DNA of 64,000 bases, from assembly GCA_963810935.1 (NCBI GenBank), contig CAWEPK010000005.1, positions 256,001-320,000 of the forward strand, in the 5' to 3' direction. Below, in pieces: positions 41,362 to 51,252 of the stretch. Each line of letters opens with the position of its first letter. Within the stretch, counting starts at the first letter, position 1. The DNA is from an uncultured delta proteobacterium. Lineage in GTDB: Bacteria; Desulfobacterota; Syntrophorhabdia; Syntrophorhabdales; WCHB1-27. The notes below the pieces were generated by a model that was not told the DNA's origin, did no database searches, and was given only the letters and a program-made list of their open reading frames with translations. Both the position numbers and the translations under genes were made by a program.

Positions 41362-42371
41362 GAAATAAACATCGCATCACCGTAGCTGTAAAACCGGTAG
41401 CCGCGCTCTACGGCCTCCCTGTATGCTCCTTCTATCGCCTCTTTGCCCGCAAATGCACAGACGAGCATAAGCGGCGTGGAGCGGGAGAGGTGAAAATTGG
41501 TTATCAGGGCATCGACTGCCCGGAAGCGGTAGCCCGGATAGATGAAAAGGTCCGTCACCCCTTCCGTCGCGCCTTTTGCCGGCCCGAACACAGTCTCTAA
41601 GGTCCTGACCGCGCTCGTCCCGACTGCTATAACCCTGCCGCCCGCCTTTTTCGTCCTTTCGACCGCCTCGATGACATCCGGTGAAAGGCAGTAGCGCTCG
41701 CTGTGCATCGCGTGATCCTCGACGTCGGCGCTTTTTATGAGGAAAAAAGTGCCCGTGCCTATGTGGAGCGTGATCCTGGCGATGCCTACCCCCATGGCTT
41801 CGATCTGCCCGAGCAGGGCCTCATCGAAATGGAGCCCCGCGGTCGGTGCTGCTATGGAGCCAACTTTACGCGCGTAGACCGTCTGGTACCGCGCTTCATC
41901 CCCGTTCCTGCCTGCGTCCTTCGCCCGTTTGATATAGCGGGGAAGGGGCATGCGGCCGAAAGCCCCCATAAGGTCTTCGGCACAGGTGCCGTTCGGGAAC
42001 TCGACGGTCCATCCGGCTGCTGCCGGCTCGAGCTCGAGTTGGGTCTCGCCCACGCGCACTTTCTGCGGAGCGCGCTTCAAGCCGGAGACGAGGCAGCTCC
42101 ATTTTTTCGCCTCGACCTTCCCCGTAAGAAGGATATCGACCGCCCCTCCTGTCTCCTTGGTCCCCGTAAGCCGCGCAGGCATGACCTTCGTCTCGTTCAG
42201 CACGATGAGGTCTCCTGCCCTGAGGCAGTCCGTGATCCCGGAAAACCGGCGGTGCCCGACCGTCCCGCTTTGCCTGTCGAGGACAAGGAGGCGAGATGCC
42301 GTGCGCTCTCCCGCCGGGTGCTGGGCGATCAACTCCGGCGGCAATGAATAATCAAATTCTTCGGTCCTCAT
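41358..42371 (-). CDS. queA: S-adenosylmethionine:tRNA ribosyltransferase-isomerase
   Basis: FDY.LP.ELIAQ.P, AAPTAGLHF, TNFH, YRFYSYGDAM. Confidence 0.97.
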   Translation of the reverse strand: MRTEEFDYSLPPELIAQHPAGERTASRLLVLDRQSGTVGHRRFSGITDCLRAGDLIVLNETKVMPARLTGTKETGGAVDILLTGKVEAKKWSCLVSGLKRAPQKVRVGETQLELEPAAAGWTVEFPNGTCAEDLMGAFGRMPLPRYIKRAKDAGRNGDEARYQTVYARKVGSIAAPTAGLHFDEALLGQIEAMGVGIARITLHIGTGTFFLIKSADVEDHAMHSERYCLSPDVIEAVERTKKAGGRVIAVGTSAVRTLETVFGPAKGATEGVTDLFIYPGYRFRAVDALITNFHLSRSTPLMLVCAFAGKEAIEGAYREAVERGYRFYSYGDAMFIS

Positions 42372-42504
42372 ATTACCTGAAAATAAGCTAATCTTATAAC
42401 AGATCGCGTACTCATAAGCAATTTCGGCGGCCTGTTGGAAAAGGGCGCCGCCTGCCGTCCATTATGCCCGGCCGGGCTCGTCTCCTAAGGCCGGTTTCGG
42501 GCTA

Positions 42505-42533
42505 TTGACTTGACCTGTCAATTCCTCTATTAT
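42505..42533 (+). promoter_or_regulatory. sigma70 promoter of tRNA-Gly
   Basis: TTGACT-N17-TATTAT, 10 nt before the tRNA. Confidence 0.7.
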
Positions 42534-42543
42534 GTTCTTATCA

Positions 42544-42619
42544 GCGGGCATAACTCAGTTGGTAGAGTGCAAGCTTCCCAAGCTTGATGTCGCGGGTTCG
42601 AGCCCCGTTGCCCGCTCCA
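42544..42619 (+). tRNA. tRNA-Gly(CCC)
   Basis: GCGGGCATAACTCAGTTGGTAGAGTG-CAAGC-TTCCCAA-GCTTG...GGTTCGAGCCCCGTTGCCCGCTCCA; 76 nt with encoded CCA. Confidence 0.97.
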
Positions 42620-42626
42620 TTTTCCC

Positions 42627-42980
42627 TCAAACACGCCCCGCCTTTTCAAGCTCCTTCACCCTTTGGTCAAGAAGCGCGCACCTCTGCGTAAGCTCCTTGT
42701 TGATCTCTTTCATCTTGGATATGGCTATAGAATAATGCATTAGCACGGCTATTATAAAGGCAAAGACGATCGCCGAGACCGCAGTTATGTAATATAGCCC
42801 CGTTATCCGGCTCAGCACGCCTATCAGGCCCGGCCAGAGGCTCAAGACCGCGATTATGGAAGACGTGCACAGCCAGAGGATCGCGTATTCCTCCCTCAGG
42901 TAATTCTTCCTTATGAACTCGAAAGTGAGAGCAAAAGAAACAATACTGATTATCCCGATAAAAAGGCGGATGTGGAGCAT
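42627..42980 (-). CDS. DUF2304 family membrane protein
   Basis: IRK..LREEYAILW, three TMs, ELTQ..ALL tail; paired with an upstream GT2. Confidence 0.8.
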   Translation of the reverse strand: MLHIRLFIGIISIVSFALTFEFIRKNYLREEYAILWLCTSSIIAVLSLWPGLIGVLSRITGLYYITAVSAIVFAFIIAVLMHYSIAISKMKEINKELTQRCALLDQRVKELEKAGRV

Positions 42981-42994
42981 CTTCTTAGGTCTCC

Positions 42995-43690
42995 TCAGAC
43001 CTGCTTGAAAAGATCGATCAGCATCGCAAGGAGCACCTTTGCCATGTAATAAACGGAGCGGATAGGCGTGATCGACGATATCCCATGCTCCCTGTAATTC
43101 ATTTCCACCGCGACCTCCGCCACCCCGAAATGCCTGAGGTGCGCCAGAAGCAGCGATTCCGGTTCGGGGTAATCCTGTGGGTACTCCCGGGCAAAGTATT
43201 CCATTACGGGCCTGCTCATCGCCCTGAAGCCGCTCGTCGCGTCCCTGCACTTTAGGCCCGAGCTCACCCGCAAAAAAAACGATATGACCGCGATGCCGAA
43301 GGACCTCATGAAAGGGACCCTATAGGTACTGCCAAGAAAACGCGAGCCGACCACTATATCGACCCCGTCTTCAAAGAGCCGCCCGGCGAGCTTCGGTATC
43401 TCGGACGGGGGGTGCTGCCCGTCCCCATCGACCTGGACGCAGGCGTCGAACCCCGCTGCGAGCGCGTATTTTATGCCCGCCTGCACAGCGCCGCCAATGC
43501 CTAAGTTTGTAGGCAGGTCGATGACGGTAGCGCCCGCGCGCTCCGCGTTGCCCGTCGTATCGTCGAGCGAGCAATCGTTTACTACGACCGGCTCGTAAGC
43601 GCTGCCCAGGTCCTTTATGCCCCAGACGACGGGCTGGATCGTCTTTTCCTCGTTATAAGCAGGCACAATCACGGCGATCCGTTTTTCCAT
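42995..43690 (-). CDS. GT2 glycosyltransferase (DPM1-like)
   Basis: VPAYNEE, NLGIGGAVQ.G, DGDGQH, GSRF, D.TSGFR, YPEPE. Confidence 0.9.
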   Translation of the reverse strand: MEKRIAVIVPAYNEEKTIQPVVWGIKDLGSAYEPVVVNDCSLDDTTGNAERAGATVIDLPTNLGIGGAVQAGIKYALAAGFDACVQVDGDGQHPPSEIPKLAGRLFEDGVDIVVGSRFLGSTYRVPFMRSFGIAVISFFLRVSSGLKCRDATSGFRAMSRPVMEYFAREYPQDYPEPESLLLAHLRHFGVAEVAVEMNYREHGISSITPIRSVYYMAKVLLAMLIDLFKQV

Positions 43691-43971
43691 GCAGTTACCG
43701 GGGCCGCCTTTGTCCTCTTACAGACCGGCGAAGACCCCTCAACCCTCCCTGGCGGCCGCCGCCTCTATAAGGGCGCACGCACCTGGCGCGGCAGCTAAGC
43801 CCGATGCTTCGTGCGCGCCGGGCGATCAATAACGAGATGCGCTTTGATTGCTCGCTACAACAAGACCAGGTGGTTATAATTGAGGTGCCGCGGGCATCCA
43901 TTGGACGTTTCCGGTTGTGCCTTCCGGCAGGCCCGTGCGATCAAGACGATGGGTCGATATATTGCGCAATG

Positions 43972-44042
43972 CTGGGGGACTAGGATTCGAACCTAGATAG
44001 CAAGATCCAGAGTCTTGAGTCCTGCCGTTAGACGATCCCCCA
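43972..44042 (-). tRNA. tRNA-Gln(CTG), CCA not encoded
   Basis: TGGGGGATCGTCTAACGGCAGGACT-CAAGA-CTCTGGA-TCTTG-CTATCTAGGTTCGAATCCTAGTCCCCCAG. Confidence 0.93.
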
Positions 44043-44063
44043 CCTGTAATGGTCAGATATTCG

Positions 44064-44672
44064 CTAATCGGCCTGCTCCTGCTTCACCTGCTTCTTGCCG
44101 GCCGCTCGCGCAGGTTTTTTCGTTTCAGCATTTTCCGCTTTCTCTTCTTTCGCCTTCTTCTCTTTCTTCGGCGCCTTCTTCTCTTCTTTCTTGCCCTTTT
44201 CCGCCTCGGCCTTCTCTTTCTTGGGCGCCTTGGCCTTCTCCTGCTTTTCCGTTTCCTTCTTCGGCGCAGCCTTCTTAGAGGCCTTCTTTGCCTCTTTCTT
44301 CTGATCCTTCTCTTCCTTCTTCCGGGTCAGCTCGATCAATGCCATAGGTGCCGCGTCCCCTTTTCTGGGACCCAGCTTGAGGACCCGTGTGTAGCCCCCG
44401 TTGACGCCATCATATCTCGCTCCGATGTCCGCAAAGAGCTTCTTTACCACTCCTTTGTCGCGCAGGATGGCGAAGGCGTGGCGCATTGCGTGCGTGCCGC
44501 CGCTTTTTGCCATGGTAATGAGCCTTTCGGCCACGCGCCGAAGCTCCAGCGCCTTCGGATTGGTCGTCTTGATGCTCTCGTGGTAGAAGAGGGAGGCGGC
44601 CAGATTACGAAACAGCGCCTTCCTGTGGCTCGAAGTCCTGCTTAGCTTCCTGCCTGATTTCAAATGCCTCAT
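44064..44672 (-). CDS. rplQ: 50S ribosomal protein L17 with a Lys/Glu/Ala-rich tail
   Basis: MRH.KSGRKL.R.SSHR.A, GGYTR, R.GDAAPMA.IEL. Confidence 0.97.
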   Translation of the reverse strand: MRHLKSGRKLSRTSSHRKALFRNLAASLFYHESIKTTNPKALELRRVAERLITMAKSGGTHAMRHAFAILRDKGVVKKLFADIGARYDGVNGGYTRVLKLGPRKGDAAPMALIELTRKKEEKDQKKEAKKASKKAAPKKETEKQEKAKAPKKEKAEAEKGKKEEKKAPKKEKKAKEEKAENAETKKPARAAGKKQVKQEQAD

Positions 44673-44682
44673 GGTGCACCCT

Positions 44683-45714
44683 CTATACTTGGTCTTTCCT
44701 TCTCTGCGCCATCCTGTCGAGGTCTTCTCTCGGCGGGAAGTTATCCAGCCTTATGCCGAGCTTCAGCCCCATGCACGCGAGTATCTCTTTTATCTCGTTA
44801 AGCGATTTACGCCCAAAATTCTTCGTCATCAGGATTTCCTGCTCGCTCTTTTGCACGAGCTCGCCGATGTACTTGATGTCGGCGTTCTTCAGGCAGTTGG
44901 CGCTCCTGACCGACAGCTCCAGCTCATCGACGTTCCTGTAAAGGTTGTCGTTGAATTCCTGCCTCTCCCCTTCCTTAAGCTCGCCGCCTTCCATGTCGAG
45001 GGGCTCCTCGAAATTGATGAAGATGCGCATCTGCTCCCGTATGATCTTGGCCGCAAAAGAGAGGGCATCCAGCGCGCTGATGCTCCCGTCAGTCGCGATC
45101 TCCATGGTCAGCTTGTCGTAATCCGTCCTGAAGCCGACGCGCGCCGGGGTTACGTTATAGCTCACCCTTTTGACCGGGGAGAATATCGAGTCGATGGGCG
45201 TCGTACCGATGGGCTCTTCTTCGTCGCGGTTCCTCTCGGCAGGCACGTACCCTCTGCCGATCTTCGCCTTCATCTCCATGTAAAGCTTCGCCTCGTCGCT
45301 CAACGTGGCGATATGATGCTCCGGGTTTATGACCTCCACGCCCCCCTCGGAAATGATATCCCCCGCCTTAACCACGCCTTCGCCTTTGGCGTCGATCTTC
45401 AGGGTCTTGATGCGGTCGTCATCTATGCGGAGCACGACTTTTTTCAGGTTGAGAATGACCTCGGTGACGTCTTCCTTCACGCCCCTGACCGTGGAGAACT
45501 CATGGTCTACGCCGTCGATCTTCACGGAGGTGATGGCAGCACCCATAATCGAGGAGAGGAGCACCCTTCTCAGCGAATTGCCTATTGTGATCCCATAGCC
45601 CCGCTCGAAAGGCTCCGCCGAAAACCGGACGTAATAAACGGAGCACGTCTCCCTCTCTATATCGATTTTCGTTGGCTTGATCAACTCCTGCCAATTTTTT
45701 TCGAACATGTACAT
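44683..45714 (-). CDS. rpoA: RNA polymerase subunit alpha
   Basis: [40 protein letters not shown]. Confidence 0.98.
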   Translation of the reverse strand: MYMFEKNWQELIKPTKIDIERETCSVYYVRFSAEPFERGYGITIGNSLRRVLLSSIMGAAITSVKIDGVDHEFSTVRGVKEDVTEVILNLKKVVLRIDDDRIKTLKIDAKGEGVVKAGDIISEGGVEVINPEHHIATLSDEAKLYMEMKAKIGRGYVPAERNRDEEEPIGTTPIDSIFSPVKRVSYNVTPARVGFRTDYDKLTMEIATDGSISALDALSFAAKIIREQMRIFINFEEPLDMEGGELKEGERQEFNDNLYRNVDELELSVRSANCLKNADIKYIGELVQKSEQEILMTKNFGRKSLNEIKEILACMGLKLGIRLDNFPPREDLDRMAQRRKDQV

Positions 45715-45739
45715 GGCTCCTCCTTGAGGGGGAAAGAAA

Positions 45740-46360
45740 CTAACGGGAATAGTACTCTACGATGAGCTGCTCTTTAATGGGCACAGAGATATCTTCCCTG
45801 GTCGGCAAAAGCCTTATCTTGCCCGTCATCGCTTCCTTATCCAGCTCGAGCCACGAGGGAAGGCCCCTTCGCACGACTGACTCCAGGGCGTTCTTTACCG
45901 AAGGCAGTTCTTTGTGCCTGACGTTGATCGCGTCGCCCTCGCGCACGAGATACGATGGGATGTTCACCGTCTTTCCGTTAACCGAGACGTGGGAGTGAGA
46001 TACGACCTGGCGGGCCTCTTTCCTGGAAACTGCGAAGCCGAGGCGGTACACCATGTTATCCAGCCGTCTTTCGAGAAAAACGAGCAGGTTTGTGCCGGTT
46101 ACGCCTTTCGTTTTCTCCGCCATGACGAAAAACCGCTTGAACTGGTTTTCCGTGAGGCCGTACAGCCTCTTCACCTTCTGTTTCTCGCGGAGGCGGATGC
46201 CGTATTCCGTCATCTTAGTCCTTGTCTCGACGTGCACTCCGGGCGGATAGTTCCTCTTCTCCACCTCGCACTTCTCGGTGTAGCATTTCTCCCCTTTCTC
46301 GAAGAGCTTCATGCCCTCTCTCCGGCAAATCTTGCACACAGGTCCCGTATATCTCGACAA
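45740..46360 (-). CDS. rpsD: 30S ribosomal protein S4
   Basis: RYTGP.C..CRREG, LREKQK, LERRLDN.VYR, IVEYYSR. Confidence 0.98.
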   Translation of the reverse strand: MSRYTGPVCKICRREGMKLFEKGEKCYTEKCEVEKRNYPPGVHVETRTKMTEYGIRLREKQKVKRLYGLTENQFKRFFVMAEKTKGVTGTNLLVFLERRLDNMVYRLGFAVSRKEARQVVSHSHVSVNGKTVNIPSYLVREGDAINVRHKELPSVKNALESVVRRGLPSWLELDKEAMTGKIRLLPTREDISVPIKEQLIVEYYSR

Positions 46361-46369
46361 TTTCTCCTC

Positions 46370-46759
46370 CTAGACTCTTCTTCTTTTTGGCGGCCTGCAC
46401 CCGTTATGGGGTATAGGAGTAACATCTTTTATGAGATGGATTTTCAGGCCGGCGCTCTGGATCGCGCGCAACGCGGCCTCCCGGCCGGCGCCCGGTCCCT
46501 TTATATAGACGTCGACTGTCCTCATGCCTTGCTCTATCGCCTTTTTTGCAGCGTTCTCGGCGGCAAGCTGCGCAGCGAAGGGGGTGCTCTTCCGCGAGCC
46601 TTTGAAACCGGCAATACCGCCGCTCGACCACGAAACTACGTTCCCCTGCGGGTCCGCAATGGTGATGATAGTGTTGTTAAAGCTCGACTGTATATGCACT
46701 TCCCCTACGGGGATGTTCCTCTTAACCTTCTTTTTGCCGGTCTTTCGCACCTTCGCCAT
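46370..46759 (-). CDS. rpsK: 30S ribosomal protein S11
   Basis: [30 protein letters not shown]. Confidence 0.98.
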   Translation of the reverse strand: MAKVRKTGKKKVKRNIPVGEVHIQSSFNNTIITIADPQGNVVSWSSGGIAGFKGSRKSTPFAAQLAAENAAKKAIEQGMRTVDVYIKGPGAGREAALRAIQSAGLKIHLIKDVTPIPHNGCRPPKRRRV

Positions 46760-46768
46760 TTCGCCCCC

Positions 46769-47137
46769 TTACTTCTTTCTCTTCATCGAGGTCTTGCGCG
46801 GTCCTTTCCTGGTCCTCGAGTTCGTTCGCGTCCTCTGGCCATGGACCGGCAGCCCCTTTCTGTGCCGCAGGCCGCGGTAACAGCCGATGTCCATCAACCT
46901 TTTTATATTGATGCCGATCTCTTTGCGGAGGTCGCCCTCGATCTTGTGGTCCCGTTCTATTATGTCCCTGATCTTGGCTACCTCTTCCTCGGTCAGCATG
47001 TTCGTCCGCTTATCCGGGTCGATGCCTGCCTGCGAGAGTATCTGGTTCGAGAGAGGCCTGCCTATGCCGTAGAGGTAGGTAAGGGCAATCTCTATCCGTT
47101 TCTCTCTCGGGATGTCAACACCAGCAATTCGCGCCAC
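46769..47137 (-). CDS. rpsM: 30S ribosomal protein S13
   Basis: [29 protein letters not shown]. Confidence 0.98.
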   Translation of the reverse strand: MARIAGVDIPREKRIEIALTYLYGIGRPLSNQILSQAGIDPDKRTNMLTEEEVAKIRDIIERDHKIEGDLRKEIGINIKRLMDIGCYRGLRHRKGLPVHGQRTRTNSRTRKGPRKTSMKRKK

Positions 47138-47148
47138 CACAAACCTCC

Positions 47149-47262
47149 TTAACCCTGTCTCTGCTTATGCTTGGGGTTTTCGCAAATAACCCTTATAATC
47201 CCTTTTCTCTTGATTATCTTGCATTTGTCGCAACGCTTCTGCACCGAAGGTCTTACCTTCAT
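47149..47262 (-). CDS. rpmJ: 50S ribosomal protein L36 (zinc type; below the ORF-track length cutoff)
   Basis: Read manually: [37 protein letters not shown]. Confidence 0.98.
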   Translation of the reverse strand: MKVRPSVQKRCDKCKIIKRKGIIRVICENPKHKQRQG

Positions 47263-47273
47263 AACAAACCCCC

Positions 47274-47464
47274 TACTTCGCCCTGTAAATTATCCTGCCT
47301 CTCGTCAAATCGTACGGCGAGAGCTCGACCAATTATTGGGGCTTGCGTCGCCCCCTCCGGCGGCCAAGCCGCCGGAGCCTCCCCCTCAACAAAAGGAAGA
47401 GGCATTGTTACTTCGCCCTGTAAATTATCCTGCCTCTCGTCAAATCGTACGGCGAGAGCTCGAC
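47274..47464 (-). repeat. exact 56-bp direct repeat of the infA 3' end (47274-47329 and 47409-47464) flanking a 79-bp insert
   Basis: tacttcgccctgtaaattatcctgcctctcgtcaaatcgtacggcgagagctcgac occurs twice. Confidence 0.95.
47330..47406 (-). repeat. 77-nt three-hairpin element, copy A
   Basis: 70/77 identical to 55571-55647; three stems on the minus strand. Confidence 0.9.
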
Positions 47465-47626
47465 GATAACCTTATCGCCAGGTAAAATCTTTATATAATT
47501 CATACGCATCTTTCCGGAAACATGGGCCAATACCCTGTGGCCGTTAGGCAGCGCCACCCTGAACATCGCGTTAGGCAGAGGCTCCACCACCGTGCCTTCT
47601 ACTTCTATCCCTTCACCTTTTGGCAT
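47408..47626 (-). CDS. infA: translation initiation factor IF-1
   Basis: [47 protein letters not shown]. Confidence 0.98.
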   Translation of the reverse strand: MPKGEGIEVEGTVVEPLPNAMFRVALPNGHRVLAHVSGKMRMNYIKILPGDKVIVELSPYDLTRGRIIYRAK

Positions 47627-47632
47627 AGGCCC

Positions 47633-48385
47633 TCATATAGCGCTCAATATCTCCGCCCCCTTCTCCGTGAGGGCGACAGTGTGCTCGAAATGTGCCGAAA
47701 GTCTTCCGTCCCTGGTAGCGGCAGTCCATCCATTCTCCCTGATTACTATATCGCTCGTACCTTCGTTTATCATGGGCTCGATAGCGAGCACCATGCCCTT
47801 TTTCAGCCGCACGCCCGTCCCCCTCGTGCCGAAGTTGGGTATCTGCGGCTCTTCGTGCAGGTGCCTGCCGATGCCGTGGCCGACAAACTCCCGCACTACG
47901 GAAAAACCCTCGGACTCCACGTAGGACTGGACGGCATTGGAAACGTCGTGGAGCCTGCCTCCTTCCCGGACTTCGTCTATACCTTTGTAAAGCGACGCCT
48001 CGGTAACCGAAAGCAGCTTGCGCGCCGCCTCCGATATCTCGCCCACCGGGCAGGTCAACGCAGCGTCGCCATAATAACCTTCGTAAATAGCCCCGAAATC
48101 GAGGCTGACTATGTCCCCTTCTTTGAGGACGCGCTTTTCCGACGGCATCCCGTGGACGATTTCATCATTCACGGAGACGCACAGGCAGTACGGGAACCCA
48201 TTGTAACCTTTGAAGGCCGCCTTTATGCCGTTGCGTTTGGCCAGCATCCCCTCGCACGCCGCTTCCAGGTCCGACGTCCGCACGCCCTCACCAACGTGTT
48301 CTTTCAGCTCCAGCAGCACCTCCATCGCGTACCGGCTGGCAGTCCGCATCCTGCCTATCTCTTGTGCGCTCTTGAGGGTGATCAT
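47633..48385 (-). CDS. map: methionine aminopeptidase type I
   Basis: SVNDEIVHG, VGHGIG..LHEEP, AIEPM, SAHFEHT. Confidence 0.97.
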   Translation of the reverse strand: MITLKSAQEIGRMRTASRYAMEVLLELKEHVGEGVRTSDLEAACEGMLAKRNGIKAAFKGYNGFPYCLCVSVNDEIVHGMPSEKRVLKEGDIVSLDFGAIYEGYYGDAALTCPVGEISEAARKLLSVTEASLYKGIDEVREGGRLHDVSNAVQSYVESEGFSVVREFVGHGIGRHLHEEPQIPNFGTRGTGVRLKKGMVLAIEPMINEGTSDIVIRENGWTAATRDGRLSAHFEHTVALTEKGAEILSAI

Positions 48386-48421
48386 CCGTCAAGCCCGCAC
48401 GCAGCGATTGTGCCTCCCATG

Positions 48422-49729
48422 CTACCTTCTCCCCTTTATCCTCGCCGACTTCTTCACAAGACCGTCGTAATGGCGCAGTATAAGATGCGACTCGATCTGC
48501 TGAATCGTGTCGAGACCGACGCCGACCACAATGAGGAGGGCGGTCCCACCGAAATAGAAGGGGGCGTTGAACTTCTGGACCAGGATCGTCGGCAGCACGC
48601 AGACGAACGATATGTAGACGGCGCCCGAAAAGGTAATCCTCGAAAGGATGCGCTCGATGTACTCGGAGGTCTTCTTGCCGGGCCGTATGCCCGGTATATA
48701 TCCGCCGTACTTCTTCATGTTATCGGCTACGTTGTCCGGATTGAAAACGATGGCCGTATAGAAAAAGCAGAAGAAGATGATAAAGCCGACATAAAGCACC
48801 TCGTACCCCACACCGCCGGGGGTAAGGAGCGCTGCAAACCTCTTCATGTAGGGGTGCTGGATGAAATTTGCGATCGTCGCCGGAAACATGATAATGGATG
48901 ACGCGAATATCGGCGGGATGACGCCTGCCTGGTTAATCTTCAGGGGCAGGTGCGTCGATTGGCCCCCGTACATCTTCCTCCCCACTACGCGCTTCGCGTA
49001 CTGGACCGGTATCCTTCTCTGGGCCGTCTCCATGTAGATAATGAAGGCCACGACGACGAACATCATGACCATGAGTAGGATGACGACGAACCAGTTCATC
49101 TCACCCGTGTTCACGAGGCTGCCGGTGCTGGCCAGGGCGTTGGGCATTCTCGCCACGATGCCGGAGAATATGATGAGGGAAATGCCGTTGCCTATGCCTT
49201 TCTCCGTGATCTGCTCGCCGAGCCACATCAGAAAGGACGTGCCGGCGCAAAGGGTAAGCATGGTCATGAGCCTGAAGGACCAGCCTGCGTTATAGACGAC
49301 GAGCTCCCCGCCCGCGCCGCGCATCTGCTCAAGCCCAACGGCGATGCCGAACCCCTGGATGAGGCTTATTACGACCGTCCCGTACCGGGTGTACTGGGTG
49401 ATTTTCCGCCTGCCCGCCTCCCCTTCCTTTGACAACTTCTCGAGGGTAGGCACGACGACCGTAAGGAGCTGCAATATGATCGATGCGCTGATGTACGGCA
49501 TGATGCCGAGGGCGAAGACGGACAGCTTTTCGAGGCCGCCCCCCGCGAACATGTCGAAGAAGCCCAAGAGCGTGCCCCTTGCCCGCTCGAATATGCTCGC
49601 CAGAACCGTGCCGTCTACACCCGGCGTCGGAATGTGGACCCCTATGCGGTAAACTGCGAGAAGCGCGAGGGTCATCAGTATCCTGCGCTTCAGTTCCGGG
49701 ATCCTTCCGATGTTCTGGAAACCACTCAT
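48422..49729 (-). CDS. secY: preprotein translocase subunit SecY
   Basis: FALGIMPYISASII.QL, WLGEQIT..GIGNG.S, IPGIRPG, GGT.LLI.VGV. Confidence 0.98.
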   Translation of the reverse strand: MSGFQNIGRIPELKRRILMTLALLAVYRIGVHIPTPGVDGTVLASIFERARGTLLGFFDMFAGGGLEKLSVFALGIMPYISASIILQLLTVVVPTLEKLSKEGEAGRRKITQYTRYGTVVISLIQGFGIAVGLEQMRGAGGELVVYNAGWSFRLMTMLTLCAGTSFLMWLGEQITEKGIGNGISLIIFSGIVARMPNALASTGSLVNTGEMNWFVVILLMVMMFVVVAFIIYMETAQRRIPVQYAKRVVGRKMYGGQSTHLPLKINQAGVIPPIFASSIIMFPATIANFIQHPYMKRFAALLTPGGVGYEVLYVGFIIFFCFFYTAIVFNPDNVADNMKKYGGYIPGIRPGKKTSEYIERILSRITFSGAVYISFVCVLPTILVQKFNAPFYFGGTALLIVVGVGLDTIQQIESHLILRHYDGLVKKSARIKGRR

Positions 49730-50172
49730 TATTGGATTACCTCCACTTCGCCACCCTGGGCCTTTATCTTATCTATGGCCTTCTGCGACGCTTTGTGGAC
49801 CTTTATTTTGACGGCGAAATCGATATCGCCGTTGGAAAGCAGCTTGACCCCGTCCAGCACCTTGTCGATCAGCCCGGTTTCGAGAAGCTCCTTTAGGCCA
49901 ACTTCCGCTGTCCCTTTCAGGGCCTGCAGGTCGCCGACTTTCACGATGGCGTACTCCTTCCTGAACGGGTTCTTGAAGCCGCGCTTCGGTATCCGGCGGG
50001 ACAGAGGCATCTGGCCGCCCTCGAAGCCTTTTCCCTTCGAGGCACCTGCACGCGCCTTCTGGCCCTTGTTGCCCATGGTAGCCGTTTTGCCGTGGCCGGA
50101 ACCGGGGCCCCTTCCGATCCGCTTTCTAGCCTTTTTTGAGCCGGGGCGGCTCTTCAAGTCTTCCAGTTTCAT
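49729..50172 (-). CDS. rplO: 50S ribosomal protein L15
   Basis: GRG.GSG.GKT, GFEGGQMPL.RR.PKRGF. Confidence 0.97.
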   Translation of the reverse strand: MKLEDLKSRPGSKKARKRIGRGPGSGHGKTATMGNKGQKARAGASKGKGFEGGQMPLSRRIPKRGFKNPFRKEYAIVKVGDLQALKGTAEVGLKELLETGLIDKVLDGVKLLSNGDIDFAVKIKVHKASQKAIDKIKAQGGEVEVIQ

Positions 50173-50358
50173 TTATCTTACGTCCTCCAGCACGGATACC
50201 AGGTGGATCACCTTCTTGACCATGCCCCGTATCTCGGGCGAGTTCTTGACGACCCGCTCTTCATAGAGCCTTTTGAAGCCCAGGCTTTTCACCGTGCTTC
50301 TCTGGTCCTCCGTGCACGATATCGTGCTCTTCACCCATTTTATCTTGAGGTGTGCCAC
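50173..50358 (-). CDS. rpmD: 50S ribosomal protein L30
   Basis: LKI..VKS.I, TV.SLG, IRGMV.KV.HLV; synteny. Confidence 0.93.
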   Translation of the reverse strand: MAHLKIKWVKSTISCTEDQRSTVKSLGFKRLYEERVVKNSPEIRGMVKKVIHLVSVLEDVR

Positions 50359-50361
50359 GTG

Positions 50362-50862
50362 TTATGCCTCCTCCGGCTTCGATGTCTGCCTGGGGACGAC
50401 CAGACGCGGCTTCAGCGTGGCCAGCCCCTGCATCGTAGCCTTCACCACGTTATGCGGATTACGCGAGCCGTAACACTTCGTGTATATATTGCGGATGCCG
50501 GCCACCTCGACGACGGCCCGCACTGCGCCGCCGGCGATAACGCCGGTACCTTCGGAGGCCGGTTTGATGAAGACGTGGCTCGACCCGTATATGCCCGTTA
50601 TCTCGTAAGGCACCGTGCCCCGGTTGATGGGCACTTCGATGATGCCTTTCTTGGCACGCTCGACGGCCTTCCTGATGGCGTCGGGGACCTCGTTCGCCTT
50701 CCCGAGGCCGAACCCTACGTGGCCGTTCCCGTCTCCCACCACCACGATGGCGCTGAAGCTGAACCTTCTGCCGCCCTTCACGACCTTCGCTACGCGGTTT
50801 ATGTTAACCACTCTGTCCTGCAGCTCGAGCTCTGCCGGGTCAATCCGCTTCTTTTCGATCAA
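50362..50862 (-). CDS. rpsE: 30S ribosomal protein S5
   Basis: [23 protein letters not shown]. Confidence 0.98.
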   Translation of the reverse strand: MIEKKRIDPAELELQDRVVNINRVAKVVKGGRRFSFSAIVVVGDGNGHVGFGLGKANEVPDAIRKAVERAKKGIIEVPINRGTVPYEITGIYGSSHVFIKPASEGTGVIAGGAVRAVVEVAGIRNIYTKCYGSRNPHNVVKATMQGLATLKPRLVVPRQTSKPEEA

Positions 50863-50874
50863 GCCGAATCCTCC

Positions 50875-51240
50875 TTAAAAGATTAGTCCGCCCTCGCGAG
50901 CGCCGTCCGCAAGTGCCTTGACCCTGCCGTGATACTTGAAGCCGCTACGATCGAAAAGAATCTCTTTCACGCCGAGGGCCAGCGCCTTCTTCGCCATCGC
51001 CTCACCCACCGCCTTGGCGCTCGCGGTGTTGCCGCCGTGCTTGATTCCGCCTTTCACTTCGGCGGTCAGCGTGGAGACGCCCGTGATCACCTTGCCCGTC
51101 CCGTCGTCCACGAGCTGCGCGTACATGTGCCGCAGGCTCTTGAAGACGCAGAGTCTCGGCCGGGCGGCAGTCCCGGAGATCTTCTTCCGGACCCTCTTCT
51201 TCCTCTTCAGCCTTCCCTCTATTTTATCTTTTCTTTCCAT
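50875..51240 (-). CDS. rplR: 50S ribosomal protein L18
   Basis: RPRL.V..S..H.YAQ, FDRSG.KYHGRV.A.A..ARE.GL.F. Confidence 0.98.
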   Translation of the reverse strand: MERKDKIEGRLKRKKRVRKKISGTAARPRLCVFKSLRHMYAQLVDDGTGKVITGVSTLTAEVKGGIKHGGNTASAKAVGEAMAKKALALGVKEILFDRSGFKYHGRVKALADGAREGGLIF

Positions 51241-51252
51241 CGCTAACGCCCC

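Noticed and set aside
43695..43970. Possible ncRNA or riboswitch between tRNA-Gln and the GT2 gene
   Set aside because: GC-rich but matches no RNA family I can recognise; promoter spacing is unconvincing.
47330..47406. Element as a tRNA or tRNA pseudogene
   Set aside because: No 7-bp acceptor stem, TTC T-loop, D-loop GG or CCA, and stem lengths do not fit a tRNA.
47274..47464. CRISPR-like repeat-spacer-repeat
   Set aside because: Only two repeats, 56 bp long and identical to infA coding sequence; the 'spacer' is itself a repeat family; no cas genes.
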